Shown: positions 1 through 8,831 of the stretch, in pieces
Position numbering within the stretch: the stretch's first letter is position 1
How the letters are laid out: each line of letters opens with the position of its first letter
Source: an uncultured cyanobacterium
GTDB lineage: Bacteria > Cyanobacteriota > Cyanobacteriia > CAKZMO01
DNA: 64,000 bases
Direction: 5' to 3'
Assembly (NCBI GenBank): GCA_963719515.1
Contig: CAVRCJ010000007.1
Coordinates: 1-64,000 of the forward strand
Notes under the pieces: model-generated
What the model saw: only the letters and a program-made list of their open reading frames with translations
Databases searched by the model: none
Told to the model about the DNA's origin: nothing
Translations under genes and position numbers: made by a program

Positions 1-10
1 ATAATTTCAG

Positions 11-463
11 TCAAATAAATCGCGATAAATCAAACTCATCCGGGGTATCAGCAGCGTCACTAACCGACTTCAGCAGCAGCAAAATTTGCTCCGTATAGTC
101 AATCGAGCCGCTCAGCTCAGCTTCTAAAATCTCAAGCCCGCCATTGGCATATTCCTCAAAAATTTTCACCCGCTGCACATCGTGCTCGTCGCTATTGGTC
201 AAAATTTTGGGGTCTTGCGTCTCATGTACCGCAATCAGATCGATTAAAAATCGTTTCTTAAACTGATCCTGCGGAATCGGGTCGGGGTCGTACTTGGTGC
301 TTTTCTCGATGGGTACCCGTCTTCCGCGACTGACGCCGATGGCGGCGGCAAAGGTCAACAGCTCGGAATAGGAGTTGAACAGGCCGGTCGAATCGTCGGC
401 AAGCCGCAGCGATTTGACAAAGTCTCCTTTCTCTTCTGCAATATGAACGCGGGCAAGCGGCAT
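11..463 (-). CDS. DNA phosphorothioation (dnd) system-associated protein 4-like
   Basis: 150 aa; N-terminus (RVHIAEEKGDFVKSL..GLFNSYSELLTFAAAIG) and C-terminal IFEEYANGGLEIL resemble the cyanobacterial dnd-associated-4 family; lies 3 nt downstream of the SMC-like ATPase. Confidence 0.7.
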   Translation of the reverse strand: MPLARVHIAEEKGDFVKSLRLADDSTGLFNSYSELLTFAAAIGVSRGRRVPIEKSTKYDPDPIPQDQFKKRFLIDLIAVHETQDPKILTNSDEHDVQRVKIFEEYANGGLEILEAELSGSIDYTEQILLLLKSVSDAADTPDEFDLSRFI

Positions 464-466
464 CGA

Positions 467-2548
467 TTAACTTCCCCCACGGTGCCGATGCACCTCAATA
501 ATTTCCGTAAACTCAAACTCACCGGGGCTCTGCCGCACCAGCGGGTAGTCGTCCCCCTCAATGCGAATCGCATCCCCCCGAGAATCTTCCTTGGTGGAAT
601 TGTAGACCAGCACATACTCCCGGCCCATGCGGGGCAGCATCTCCTCCTCCACCTCGCCGCGCCATTGGGTTTTGCTGGCCATCACAATCAGCTGATCGGC
701 CAGCGCAGGCAACAGCTTGGCAATCTGCCGCCGGTAAATCTCATCTAGGCTACCAAAGGGCGAATCCATCACCAGCGGAAAGGTGCTGCTGTCCGGCCCC
801 ATTACCAGCCGATCTTTGCTCCACTGGCGAATCCGTTCCACCACGCTGCCAATGAACGACAGGCTCAAAATCTGGTTCTCGCCGGTAGAGGCCCCCACCA
901 GCACGTCCTGACCGCCCACGTGCTCCACTAGGCTTAGCTCATACTTTTCGCTCAGCTTGGGCCGGTAGGCTTTAAAGGAAATCTGGTCGTAGAGGTCGAT
1001 CAGCTTCGCCTGCAGCTCTTGGCGAAACAGCACGTCCTGGTTTTCCTTCAGCTGCCGCAGCCGGTCGATTGCCTCCTGGGCCGCTTCAATGCGCTGTACT
1101 GCCAGCTTTTGCTTATGCTTGTTCTGGCGGCGATCGCGCACCTGCTTGCGCAACTGGGTCAAGTCCTGGCTCAGCAAGGCAATGCGCTCCTGGTTGGCCC
1201 CCTTCTCTAGGGTCAGCTTCTCCACCTTGCGGTCTACCTCATCTAGCCGCTCCTGCAGCTGCCGGATGTCTTCCCGGGGGCTAGTGCGCAGCTGGTCACG
1301 AATCTCCTCTAGCGCCTCCTCAATCTGAGACAGCTTCTGCTTAGCTTGGTTGAGGCTGGCCTGCTCCTGGTCTACTTCCTGCCAAAATTCCGCCTGCTGC
1401 CGCCCCAGATCATTCACCTGGGCATCCACGCGATACACCGCTGACTCCACCTCCGCCAGGCCCGCCCGCTGCAGCCAGGACTCCACCGCCTGCCGGTGGG
1501 GCGTGCCTTCATGCAGCTCCGCGCCGCAGATGCAGCGGCTGCGCTCCAGCAAATCCTCCACAAAGGACTGCTTAATGTCCGCTGGCAGCTCGCCCTGCCG
1601 CTCGCCCTGCTGGACAATGCCCTGAAATTTGGCCATCACCGCTGGCAGAAACACCGCATAGCCCCGCGAGGAAATCGCCCGTTTGAGACGCTTTTTAGAG
1701 ACCTGCAGCCGCTCCCGCAGGCTCTGCTCTTGCTCCTCTAGGGTATCTCGCTGGATTTGCAGCGCTTCCACCTCCCCCAGCTCCCGCATCCGACGACCAT
1801 ACTCCTGCCGTAGCGTCGCCTGGTGTCCCAGCTCCTCGTCAATTTCCAGCTGCCGCGCCTCTAGGGCGTCTTTCGTATTTTCCTGCTCCCGCTGCAGCGC
1901 CAGCAGGCTTTTCGTCTCCGCATCCCCAATGTCCCCCAGCTCGTCTTCCAGGCTTTTGCGGGCGGCGTTCAGGTGCTTGATGGCATTGTCGAGCACCTTT
2001 ACCCCCAACAGCTTCTGGGTGGCCTCCGCAATCTCCGCCCGGTTGTCTCGGCGCACCAGCTGCTCAATCCGCTCCCCGTCAAAAAAGAAGTACTGGTGCA
2101 GACTCTTGGGCAGCATGCGCCCCACCACGTCATCCGGGTTTTTGGAGGCGGGCAGCGTGGACCAGCGACCATCATCTCCCACAAACTGCATCACCACCTC
2201 GCTGCGGTCTTGCTCCACCTCGTCCCCAACGCGCAGGGCTTGGCAGGAGCGGCGGATACGGTAGTGCTTACCGTCGTGCTCAAAGGCCACCTCTACCCAA
2301 CAGGTGACGGCTTCACTGTCGCCGGCTTCAGCGATCGCCCGCCGATTGACCAGCTGATCGGGAGAGGCCAAAGCTGCCGTAAACCGCTCGTACAGCGCCC
2401 AGGTGAAGGCGTTGAGCAGCGCCGTCTTCCCAGAGCCGTTGTTGCCGTGAATCACGGTAATATTTTGCGCCTCAGTTTTGGCGAACGTTAGCTGATGCTC
2501 GCCATAGAAGGGACGGAAGTTGCAGAGCGCCAAACCCAGAAGCTTCAC
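467..2548 (-). CDS. SMC/Rad50-like (DndD-related) AAA ATPase with long coiled coil
   Basis: Walker A GNNGSGKT, FFFDGE, coiled coil with central CxCG (RCICG), signature ASTGE, Walker B/D-loop LVMDSPFGSLD; GTG start. Confidence 0.85.
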   Translation of the reverse strand: MKLLGLALCNFRPFYGEHQLTFAKTEAQNITVIHGNNGSGKTALLNAFTWALYERFTAALASPDQLVNRRAIAEAGDSEAVTCWVEVAFEHDGKHYRIRRSCQALRVGDEVEQDRSEVVMQFVGDDGRWSTLPASKNPDDVVGRMLPKSLHQYFFFDGERIEQLVRRDNRAEIAEATQKLLGVKVLDNAIKHLNAARKSLEDELGDIGDAETKSLLALQREQENTKDALEARQLEIDEELGHQATLRQEYGRRMRELGEVEALQIQRDTLEEQEQSLRERLQVSKKRLKRAISSRGYAVFLPAVMAKFQGIVQQGERQGELPADIKQSFVEDLLERSRCICGAELHEGTPHRQAVESWLQRAGLAEVESAVYRVDAQVNDLGRQQAEFWQEVDQEQASLNQAKQKLSQIEEALEEIRDQLRTSPREDIRQLQERLDEVDRKVEKLTLEKGANQERIALLSQDLTQLRKQVRDRRQNKHKQKLAVQRIEAAQEAIDRLRQLKENQDVLFRQELQAKLIDLYDQISFKAYRPKLSEKYELSLVEHVGGQDVLVGASTGENQILSLSFIGSVVERIRQWSKDRLVMGPDSSTFPLVMDSPFGSLDEIYRRQIAKLLPALADQLIVMASKTQWRGEVEEEMLPRMGREYVLVYNSTKEDSRGDAIRIEGDDYPLVRQSPGEFEFTEIIEVHRHRGGS

Positions 2549-2715
2549 TGGATGGTTTCCTTTACGATCCGCAAAATGTCGGCGTTGACCAGGCCGCGAT
2601 CGTTGCGGTCTAGGCGATCTTTTTCGATCTCTAGCACCTGCTGAATGATCTGCCTCACCTCAGGCGGCGCGGTTTCGATGGGCATTTGCACGTCTTTGGC
2701 GGTTAGTTCAGACAC
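2545..2715 (-). CDS. small hypothetical protein (56 aa) translationally coupled to the ATPase
   Basis: Not in the ORF track; read by hand as MSELTAKDVQMPIETAPPEVRQIIQQVLEIEKDRLDRNDRGLVNADILRIVKETIQ; its TGA overlaps the ATPase GTG (GTGA). Confidence 0.7.
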   Translation of the reverse strand: MSELTAKDVQMPIETAPPEVRQIIQQVLEIEKDRLDRNDRGLVNADILRIVKETIQ

Positions 2716-2757
2716 GGCTGGGCAGCTTGCGGGAGATGGGGTCTGTAGTTGTCTAGT

Positions 2758-2793
2758 TTGACATACTCCTTGCCCTTCAGAGCGAGGAGTATG
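2758..2793 (-). mobile_element. isolated IS200/IS605 right-end hairpin relic
   Basis: Minus strand CATACTCCTCGCTCTGAAGGGCAAGGAGTATGTCAA is a hairpin ending in TCAA, similar to the right end of the elements at 7389 and 11886 (..CCCCGCTCTTCAGGGCGGGGAGGATGTCAA). Confidence 0.5.
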
Positions 2794-2800
2794 GGGTAAA

Positions 2801-3139
2801 TCACTGCGCTCTCATCTTGTTAACGCATTCTCGCAGTGAGATGAGTTTGTTCTGAACAACATCCTAGATAATCTCATCGTCGATCGAGAAATAGGCATGC
2901 GCTAGGATGTTTCTCAATCCTGCAACCTTGCGCCACCCAATTTCGGTGTGAGAGCTACGCATCTCGGCTGGGATATTTTTGACGGCTTCACCAATAATTT
3001 GTAGGTTGTGGGCGACAGCATCGAAGGTGCGCTCGTCAGCTACAAACGATTCTTTAGACATGTTGGCTGTGTAGCGCTGTATTTTCTCGATACTTGTAAG
3101 GATATCGTCCAGGTAAAGCGCTATGCTACGCGACATCAA
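2801..3139 (-). pseudogene. HepT-like HEPN toxin (DUF86) with an internal TAG
   Basis: HEPN Rx4H motif (LRNILAHAY); TAG at 2864-2866 where the family has W (DDEII*DVVQNKL); frame continues to TGA at 2801. Confidence 0.8.
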
Positions 3140-3431
3140 TCGCGTCCTTTAGAACGGATTCAGCGATTTGGGACTTGAGCGATCGCCGTGTGACAAGGTC
3201 AACCGGTTTACCAAAAAGGTCTTCTAGAAAAAACTTTAGGTCCATGTAGCGATCAAAAGTGGCACCGCCGTCAAACTCGACAAGAAAGTCGAGATCACTG
3301 GTATCGGTAGCTTCGTCGCGGGCGACGGAGCCGAAGAGGGCTAGGGAACGGATACCGAAGCTGTGAAGGGTATCGCGGTGGTTATGGAGACGGGTTAATA
3401 CAGTTTGGCGGTATGAGGGTTTGGTCACCAT
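3126..3431 (-). CDS. MNT minimal nucleotidyltransferase (MntA-type antitoxin)
   Basis: LFGSVARDEA..SDLDFLVEF and VDLVT motifs; overlaps the HEPN gene. Confidence 0.9.
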   Translation of the reverse strand: MVTKPSYRQTVLTRLHNHRDTLHSFGIRSLALFGSVARDEATDTSDLDFLVEFDGGATFDRYMDLKFFLEDLFGKPVDLVTRRSLKSQIAESVLKDAIDVA

Positions 3432-3448
3432 GGGTCATGGCCTATTGT

Positions 3449-3604
3449 TTACTGGGTCTGGCGAAGGGTATGCAGGGTGGGGCGATCTTCCAGTGGGTGG
3501 ATCATAGTAAGGAGCTCCCCGTCCACGAGCTCGCATCGCTGCTCGGCATCTAGAGCGAGGTAAGCGTCAAACGTATAGCGCTGAGTCGTCGGTGTAATCG
3601 TCAT
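3449..3604 (-). pseudogene. truncated Uma2-family endonuclease (N-terminal 51 aa)
   Basis: MTITPTTQRYTFDAYLALDAEQRCELVDGELLTM is a typical Uma2 start; it then diverges and stops with no PD-(D/E)xK core. Confidence 0.6.
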
Positions 3605-3681
3605 GGATTAGGCCGATAGTCTTTCCGTCGGTGTAATCTTTGCTCAATTATGACAGCTACCAGCAGGCCGCTTGCCGCATG

Positions 3682-5073
3682 TCACATATCCAGCAGCCCG
3701 TAGCGCTTTTGCAGCCCCAACAGCTTCACCCTGGCCTCTCCTGCGTTGTCCGCCAGCTTGGCAAACTCGCTAAAGCGCTTTAGCTCCTTGGACAGCAGGC
3801 GTCGCTCCAGGAGGGTGGTACTGCTATCAAACTTGGGTGGGGCCACCACCATATCAAAAATCGTGGCGCGGTCTTTTCCTGGCGATCGCCGCAGTACCCG
3901 TCCCCGCCGCTGGATAAACTGCCGGGGGTTGCCGCTGCTCGCCAGGATGACCGCCGTGCGCGTAACGGGAATATCCACACCTTCATCCAGGCAGCGGATG
4001 GCCACCAGCCCCTGCAGCTCTCCGGTTTCAAACTGCTGGCGCAGGTCTTCGCGGGCGTCCAAAGGCGTTTCTGCGGTGTAAGTATTGACGCGGTAGCCCA
4101 GCTCTTTCCCCAGCAGGCGCGTCACCGCCTCCACCTGCCGGTAGGTGGTCTGCGACACCTCGTCTTCTACAGAGCCGTCGCCGCAGTAGAACAGGGTGTG
4201 GGTGGTATGGAGGCGATCGCCCATCAGCGATCGCAGGGCTTCCAGCTTGTTGGCGGCATTACTAATCAGCCTGGCCCGCTGCCGCAGCAGCGCTTTCAAC
4301 AGCTCATCGTCGGGTTCTTGCTCCTGGTCGTAGCCGGCCACCAGGTGGCCAATCTTTTGCGACAGCGCCGCGTAGCGAACGGCTTCCTCATCCGTGAGGT
4401 CTACCAGCAGGGGGTAGTAGCGATAGGGCACCAGCGCCCCCTGCTCAATGGCGTCTTCCAGGGTGAATTCGGGCTGGAGCACCGGGCCAAAGTAGTTCAG
4501 CAGGCTGGCGGTGCCCGCGTCGTCAAAATAGCGCTCTGGCGTAGCCGACAGCGCCAGCCGCAGCCCCACCGTCCGGGGGAGGTGCTTTTCCATGCGGCCC
4601 GCCCCCAGGTTGTGGGCTTCATCCCCCACAATCAGGGTTTTTTCCGGGAAATAGGGCAGCTGAGACTGAAAGCCCGCCGTAATTAGCGTCGCGTTGGTGG
4701 TCAGCACCGTCACAAACGGCTGGTGGCCTGAGCGTAGGCTGTAGAGCTGGCTGGAGAGTTGGCCTTGCCAACGCCGCACGCTCTCATAGGCTAAGACGGG
4801 GGCTAGCCCAAACTTTTGGCTCTCTCTGGCCCACTGCTGCACCAGATGCCGGTAGGGACAGACCACAATCAACGCCTGTAGACCAATTTTTTCGTAGAGT
4901 TCAGCGGCGATCGCTAGAGCCGTGATGGTTTTGCCGCTCCCGGTCGCCATCTTTAGGGTGCCGCGACCGCTATTGTCAAACCAGTTGCGAACGGCTTCCC
5001 GCTGGTAGTCCCGCAGGGTAATGGCATTAGGTAGGGCAGGCGTTCTGACGCTAGAGCTTTTCAAGAAATTCAA
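3682..5073 (-). CDS. SF2 DEAH helicase of the phosphorothioation-associated restriction-enzyme family
   Basis: LRDYQ Q-motif, MATGSGKT, DEAH, LSATP, CLDEGVDIP, QRRGRVLR; clustered with the SMC-like ATPase and dnd-associated-4. Confidence 0.85.
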   Translation of the reverse strand: MNFLKSSSVRTPALPNAITLRDYQREAVRNWFDNSGRGTLKMATGSGKTITALAIAAELYEKIGLQALIVVCPYRHLVQQWARESQKFGLAPVLAYESVRRWQGQLSSQLYSLRSGHQPFVTVLTTNATLITAGFQSQLPYFPEKTLIVGDEAHNLGAGRMEKHLPRTVGLRLALSATPERYFDDAGTASLLNYFGPVLQPEFTLEDAIEQGALVPYRYYPLLVDLTDEEAVRYAALSQKIGHLVAGYDQEQEPDDELLKALLRQRARLISNAANKLEALRSLMGDRLHTTHTLFYCGDGSVEDEVSQTTYRQVEAVTRLLGKELGYRVNTYTAETPLDAREDLRQQFETGELQGLVAIRCLDEGVDIPVTRTAVILASSGNPRQFIQRRGRVLRRSPGKDRATIFDMVVAPPKFDSSTTLLERRLLSKELKRFSEFAKLADNAGEARVKLLGLQKRYGLLDM

Positions 5074-5401
5074 CGGCGCAGCTATAGGAACCAGACTGTT
5101 CTCAAGTCAATGTAGCGCGATGCCAAGCGTCAGCAGATGTTGCATTACACTGATGAGCAAAGCCCCTCGCCAGCGCCATGACCACCACAGCTCAAACCAA
5201 CCCCTTCCTTGGCAGCAACTTCGCGCCCATAGTCGTAGGGCTAGAGGTGCTATTGGCATCTAGACAAGTTGATAGTCCATAATCGATGAGCTGTGCGATC
5301 GCAACAGTGAAGTCGTAACAGCATTTCCCAATCGCAAGCGTAGGCGTCCGCGCACAACTGTTAATGCTGATTCATGAGTATTGATCACTTTCGAACAAAC
5401 T

Positions 5402-5719
5402 ATGCCACACTTTCCCGAACAAATTCAGGCGCTGCCCGCCTTTAACGGACCCTTCGACGCCTTCAAGCTGGCGGCAGAGGGCTGCGACGTTCTGCTCGCC
5501 TCCTACCCGCCAGGCACCACTATCCCGCCCCACACCCATGACACCGATAACGTGGGCGTCATCACCCAAGGAGAGCTAATTTTGACTTTAGACGGAGAAG
5601 AAACACGGTACGGCCCCGGCGATTGGTATCACGTGCCCGCACAGGTTTCCCACGCCGCTCGATTTGAAGCGGCGACCTCCGAAATTGAGTTCTGGTTCGC
5701 CCGCCCGCAGCCTGAGTGA
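5402..5719 (+). CDS. cupin-domain protein
   Basis: PPHTH..GVITQGEL..GPGDWYHVPAQVSH cupin motifs; ATG at 5402 preferred over the TTG at 5381. Confidence 0.85.
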   Translation: MPHFPEQIQALPAFNGPFDAFKLAAEGCDVLLASYPPGTTIPPHTHDTDNVGVITQGELILTLDGEETRYGPGDWYHVPAQVSHAARFEAATSEIEFWFARPQPE

Positions 5720-5733
5720 ATACTCCCGACGTT

Positions 5734-5757
5734 CTTCCTGCGGAAGCGCTTTGCGAA
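5734..5757 (-). repeat. 24-nt double-hairpin small dispersed repeat (SDR-like) insertion
   Basis: TTCGCAAAGCGCTTCCGCAGGAAG contains CGC-AAA-GCG and CTTCC-GCA-GGAAG; removing it restores an in-frame TGA for tnpB. Confidence 0.7.
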
Positions 5758-6159
5758 CATCCTACGGATAGAGTGCGGGCTTCATCGGTCACCCGATGAG
5801 TGTCCTGCTTCTGGGCCAGTTGGCTAGATATGGCTTCCCACATCCCCGCTACCTCGACTCCACAGGCAATTTGAATACCCGAAATTCCACGGGCGTTGAT
5901 GACTTGAGCAGCGGCAATATCTCTCGGCTTCACAGACCCACACTCACCACAATGATGAACGCGATCGCCTATGGAATTTTTGACAGCAGCGCCGCAATCA
6001 GGACATTCCTGAGAGGTGCCGTAGGGGTCAACCTTTTCGTAATAGACACCGCGCTTGAAGCACACCCACGGCAAGACCTGGTTCACGAATTGCCCCAGAC
6101 CAGCATCGAGTGTGTGTTTACCCAGCATCCCTTTCGCCATGACGCGAAAGTCAAGGTCT

Positions 6160-6184
6160 ATGTCCTTCGGACAGGCTGCGCCAA
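6160..6184 (-). repeat. double-hairpin SDR-like insertion (net +24 nt) in tnpB RuvC-II
   Basis: TTGGCGCAGCCTGTCCGAAGGACAT contains GGC-GCA-GCC and TGTCC-GAA-GGACA; converts the expected IFAEDL to IFAVGAACPKDIDL. Confidence 0.75.
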
Positions 6185-7388
6185 CGGCAAAGATGATCTG
6201 GGCCTGGTCACAAAGCTTGTGGGCCAGCTTGAACTGCCAGTCAAGGCGACATGCTGCTATCTGCTCATGCACCCGTCCAATCCTTCCAATCAGCTTGGCG
6301 CGGTTATTCGAGCGCCGCTGCTTATTCTTCAGTCTGCGTTGCAGCAATTTAAGCTTGCGGTGCAGCTTACCAAAAAAGCGTGGGCGCTCTACCTGCAAGC
6401 CGTTGGAAGTGGACAGGAAGTGCTCAAGCCCTACGTCAATGCCGATACTCTCCTCATAGGGAACAGCATCAGGCACATTGACATCGGCTTGAATGCATAG
6501 GGTAGTGTACCGAATGCTTTTTGATGACGCGCACTGTCTTTACCTTGAATCCATCAGGGACAGGTCGGTGCAGAACGATGCCCATCGTGCCCAGCTTAGG
6601 CAACTTGATTTGGCTACCCGTCACCGGGTTTTCCTTGAACTGCGGAAAGAGGAACGAGCGGTACTGTCCAAACTTCTTGAAGCGCGGGAACCCATGACCT
6701 CTCTCCTTCCTAGCCGCAAACGCTGCTTCTACCCGCCCTATAACGTCTTGAAGAACCTGCGACTGCACTTCTTTCAGGTGGGGAAGCACTCTCTTAGCAG
6801 CCGTCAGCGATCGCTTTTGGTCGTAGTAACCGGGATATGGCGCGTTTGCCGCAATGATGTACTCCGATTGAAGCGAGCAGGTATTAGCTACGCAGCTTCT
6901 CGACTTTATCCAGTCCTTGCGTTCACGCAGCGCATAGTTATAGATGCCGCGACAAACCTCAAGCCAACAGACCATGCGGGCTTCCTGCTCAAGAGACGGA
7001 TAAATTCGGTAGGAGTAGTTCAAGGTCAACATACCTCAATTGTAGCATTTCTAGGAAGGGCAGTGCTACTCCCTAGAAATGCTCGTCTGTGACTCGCTCG
7101 CTTACATCCCGACGCTGACTCTCCGAGTACAGCGCGGGGCTTTCACGAACTAGCTAACCTACAGCACAAGTCCCCACCTCAACTCGGGGATTGCAATCTC
7201 GACTTCTAGACAGCCGCGAGTCTGTAGGGCTGTTATGTTTGTCTGTGACTAAGTTTCGCTTGCCGGTACGCTTCGCAACAACCTGAATGAATCGGAGCTT
7301 GCGGGGGGCTGCTTCTCGTCTGATGGGAGGAAGATGTTCTTCAATATTCAGCGCCCTGGTCTCACTATCATGCTCTATAGAACAGATG

Positions 7389-8679
7389 TTGACATCCTCC
7401 CCGCCCTGAAGAGCGGGGATTCCCGGTCTGCCCACTAGGTGGACTCCCGACGGGTGGACGCCTCAGCGCGAATTGCCCCTGACGAGGTCTTATGCCCGCT
7501 CCGCGTCCGTTTAGAGTCTCGGGCTAGCTCCAGCCCAGACGTTTCAATATTGCGGCTAGCATTGCCGTCTCGGTCTTGGGTTTTGCCGCAACCAAGACAG
7601 ACCAGCTCTCGAACCGACAGGTCCAGCTTGCCCCAGCGGTAGCCGCAGTCGGCACACTTCTGGCTAGTCGGCTCCCACCGGCTGATGACCGATACCTCGC
7701 GTTCCAGTATCATCGCGGCCTTTGCCTCGCACATCGTTCGCAGATCACGCCAGCCCTGCTGCGCAATAGCGCGGGCCAACTTGCGGTTGCGCACCATGCC
7801 GGACACGTTCAGGTCTTCAATAGCCACAACGCTATGGTTGCGAATCAGCCAGGTCGAGAGCTTATGCAGAAAATCCTTGCGGATGTCCCGCTGCTTGGCC
7901 TTTAGCTTAGCAATGCGCAGCCGGGTGCGCTCACGGCGCTTCGACCCCTTGAAGCGCCTATTCAGCTTGCGCTGCTCACGGCGTATCTTGCGGCCAATGC
8001 GGTCGTAACCAGGAGACTCAACGCGCTGGCCGCTGCTGAGCACCGCGAACGTCTTGATACCCAAGTCCACACCCACGCTTTGGTTCTCAGCGCGAATGTG
8101 GACTGGCTGCACTTCGACAACGAAGCTCAGAAGATAGCGGCCTGCTCTGTCCTTGATGACGGTGACGGATGACGGCTCAGACGGCAGCGGCCTCGACCAG
8201 CGCACCTTGAGGTTGCCAATTTTGGCTAGATAGACCTTGTCGCCCTTGAGCGAGAAGCCGCCCTTGCGGAATCGCGCCGACTGGCGGTTGTCTTTGCGCT
8301 TGAACCGGGGCGGCATCACCTTTGCTCCTTTGCGCTTGCCTTTGAGCGAATCAAAGAAGTTTTTGAACGCTACGCCCAAATCGGCGATGGACTGCTGCAG
8401 CGGGATATTTGATACCTCGCTCAGCCACTGGCGCTCAACCGTTTTCTTAGCCTGCGTGATGCAAGCCTTCTGAAGGTCGCCATTCTTAGGCAGCGAATCC
8501 GACTCCTTGCACAGTGCTAAGGCGTCGTTCCACACGACACGGCAGCAGCCAAACAGCTTGGCTAAGCTGATCTGCTGTCCGGACGTGGGATAGACCCGGT
8601 ACTGGTAGCGGCACTTCATAAATACAATTGTCCTACAAAAGCCGCCCTAAAGGGCGGGGCTTGAGACCCAGTTTTTTTG
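7389..8679 (-). mobile_element. IS200/IS605-family (IS1341-type, tnpB-only) element, copy A, 1291 bp
   Basis: Shares both boundaries with copy B: TGAC|CAAAAAAACTGGG left end with GCCGCCCTAAAGGGCGG hairpin; right end ..GCGGGGAGGATGTCAA. Confidence 0.92.
7435..8619 (-). CDS. tnpB: RNA-guided endonuclease TnpB
   Basis: YQYRVYP, VGVDLG, AIEDL, CADC/CLGC, DRDGNAS; all three RuvC acidic residues present. Confidence 0.95.
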   Translation of the reverse strand: MKCRYQYRVYPTSGQQISLAKLFGCCRVVWNDALALCKESDSLPKNGDLQKACITQAKKTVERQWLSEVSNIPLQQSIADLGVAFKNFFDSLKGKRKGAKVMPPRFKRKDNRQSARFRKGGFSLKGDKVYLAKIGNLKVRWSRPLPSEPSSVTVIKDRAGRYLLSFVVEVQPVHIRAENQSVGVDLGIKTFAVLSSGQRVESPGYDRIGRKIRREQRKLNRRFKGSKRRERTRLRIAKLKAKQRDIRKDFLHKLSTWLIRNHSVVAIEDLNVSGMVRNRKLARAIAQQGWRDLRTMCEAKAAMILEREVSVISRWEPTSQKCADCGYRWGKLDLSVRELVCLGCGKTQDRDGNASRNIETSGLELARDSKRTRSGHKTSSGAIRAEASTRREST

Positions 8680-8831
8680 GTCAGCCTATCCGCGTTTAGG
8701 CTGAACTCTAAGTCACAGCCCCTCTATTGCATTGGTTCAGCTCCTTGACATGTCAGAATCGGCTGAAAGCTTGACGTTGTGTAGGCAACTGAACGCGCAA
8801 ATGCTGTAATGCATTGGGACATTTGCCATAC

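Larger units (their letters stand above)
5733..7032 (-). pseudogene. tnpB: RNA-guided endonuclease TnpB, frameshifted and insertion-damaged
   Basis: YSYRIYP start, GFPRFKK, IGIDVG (RuvC-I), CPDC/CGEC zinc finger, RDIAAA (RuvC-III); frameshift at ~6510; RuvC-II E replaced by VGAACPKDI; stop codon split by a 24-nt insert. Confidence 0.9.
5716..7153 (-). mobile_element. IS200/IS605-family tnpB-only element, decayed
   Basis: Left-end hairpin at ~7105-7140 preceded by TTAG; right end GAAGCCCGCAC...CGGGAGTATTCAC ends in TCAC at 5716; removing the element restores CCT GAC TAA at the end of the cupin gene. Confidence 0.8.

Noticed and set aside
5562..5732. C-terminal extension of TnpB
   Set aside because: Readthrough caused by the 24-nt insert in the stop codon; it is antisense to the cupin gene
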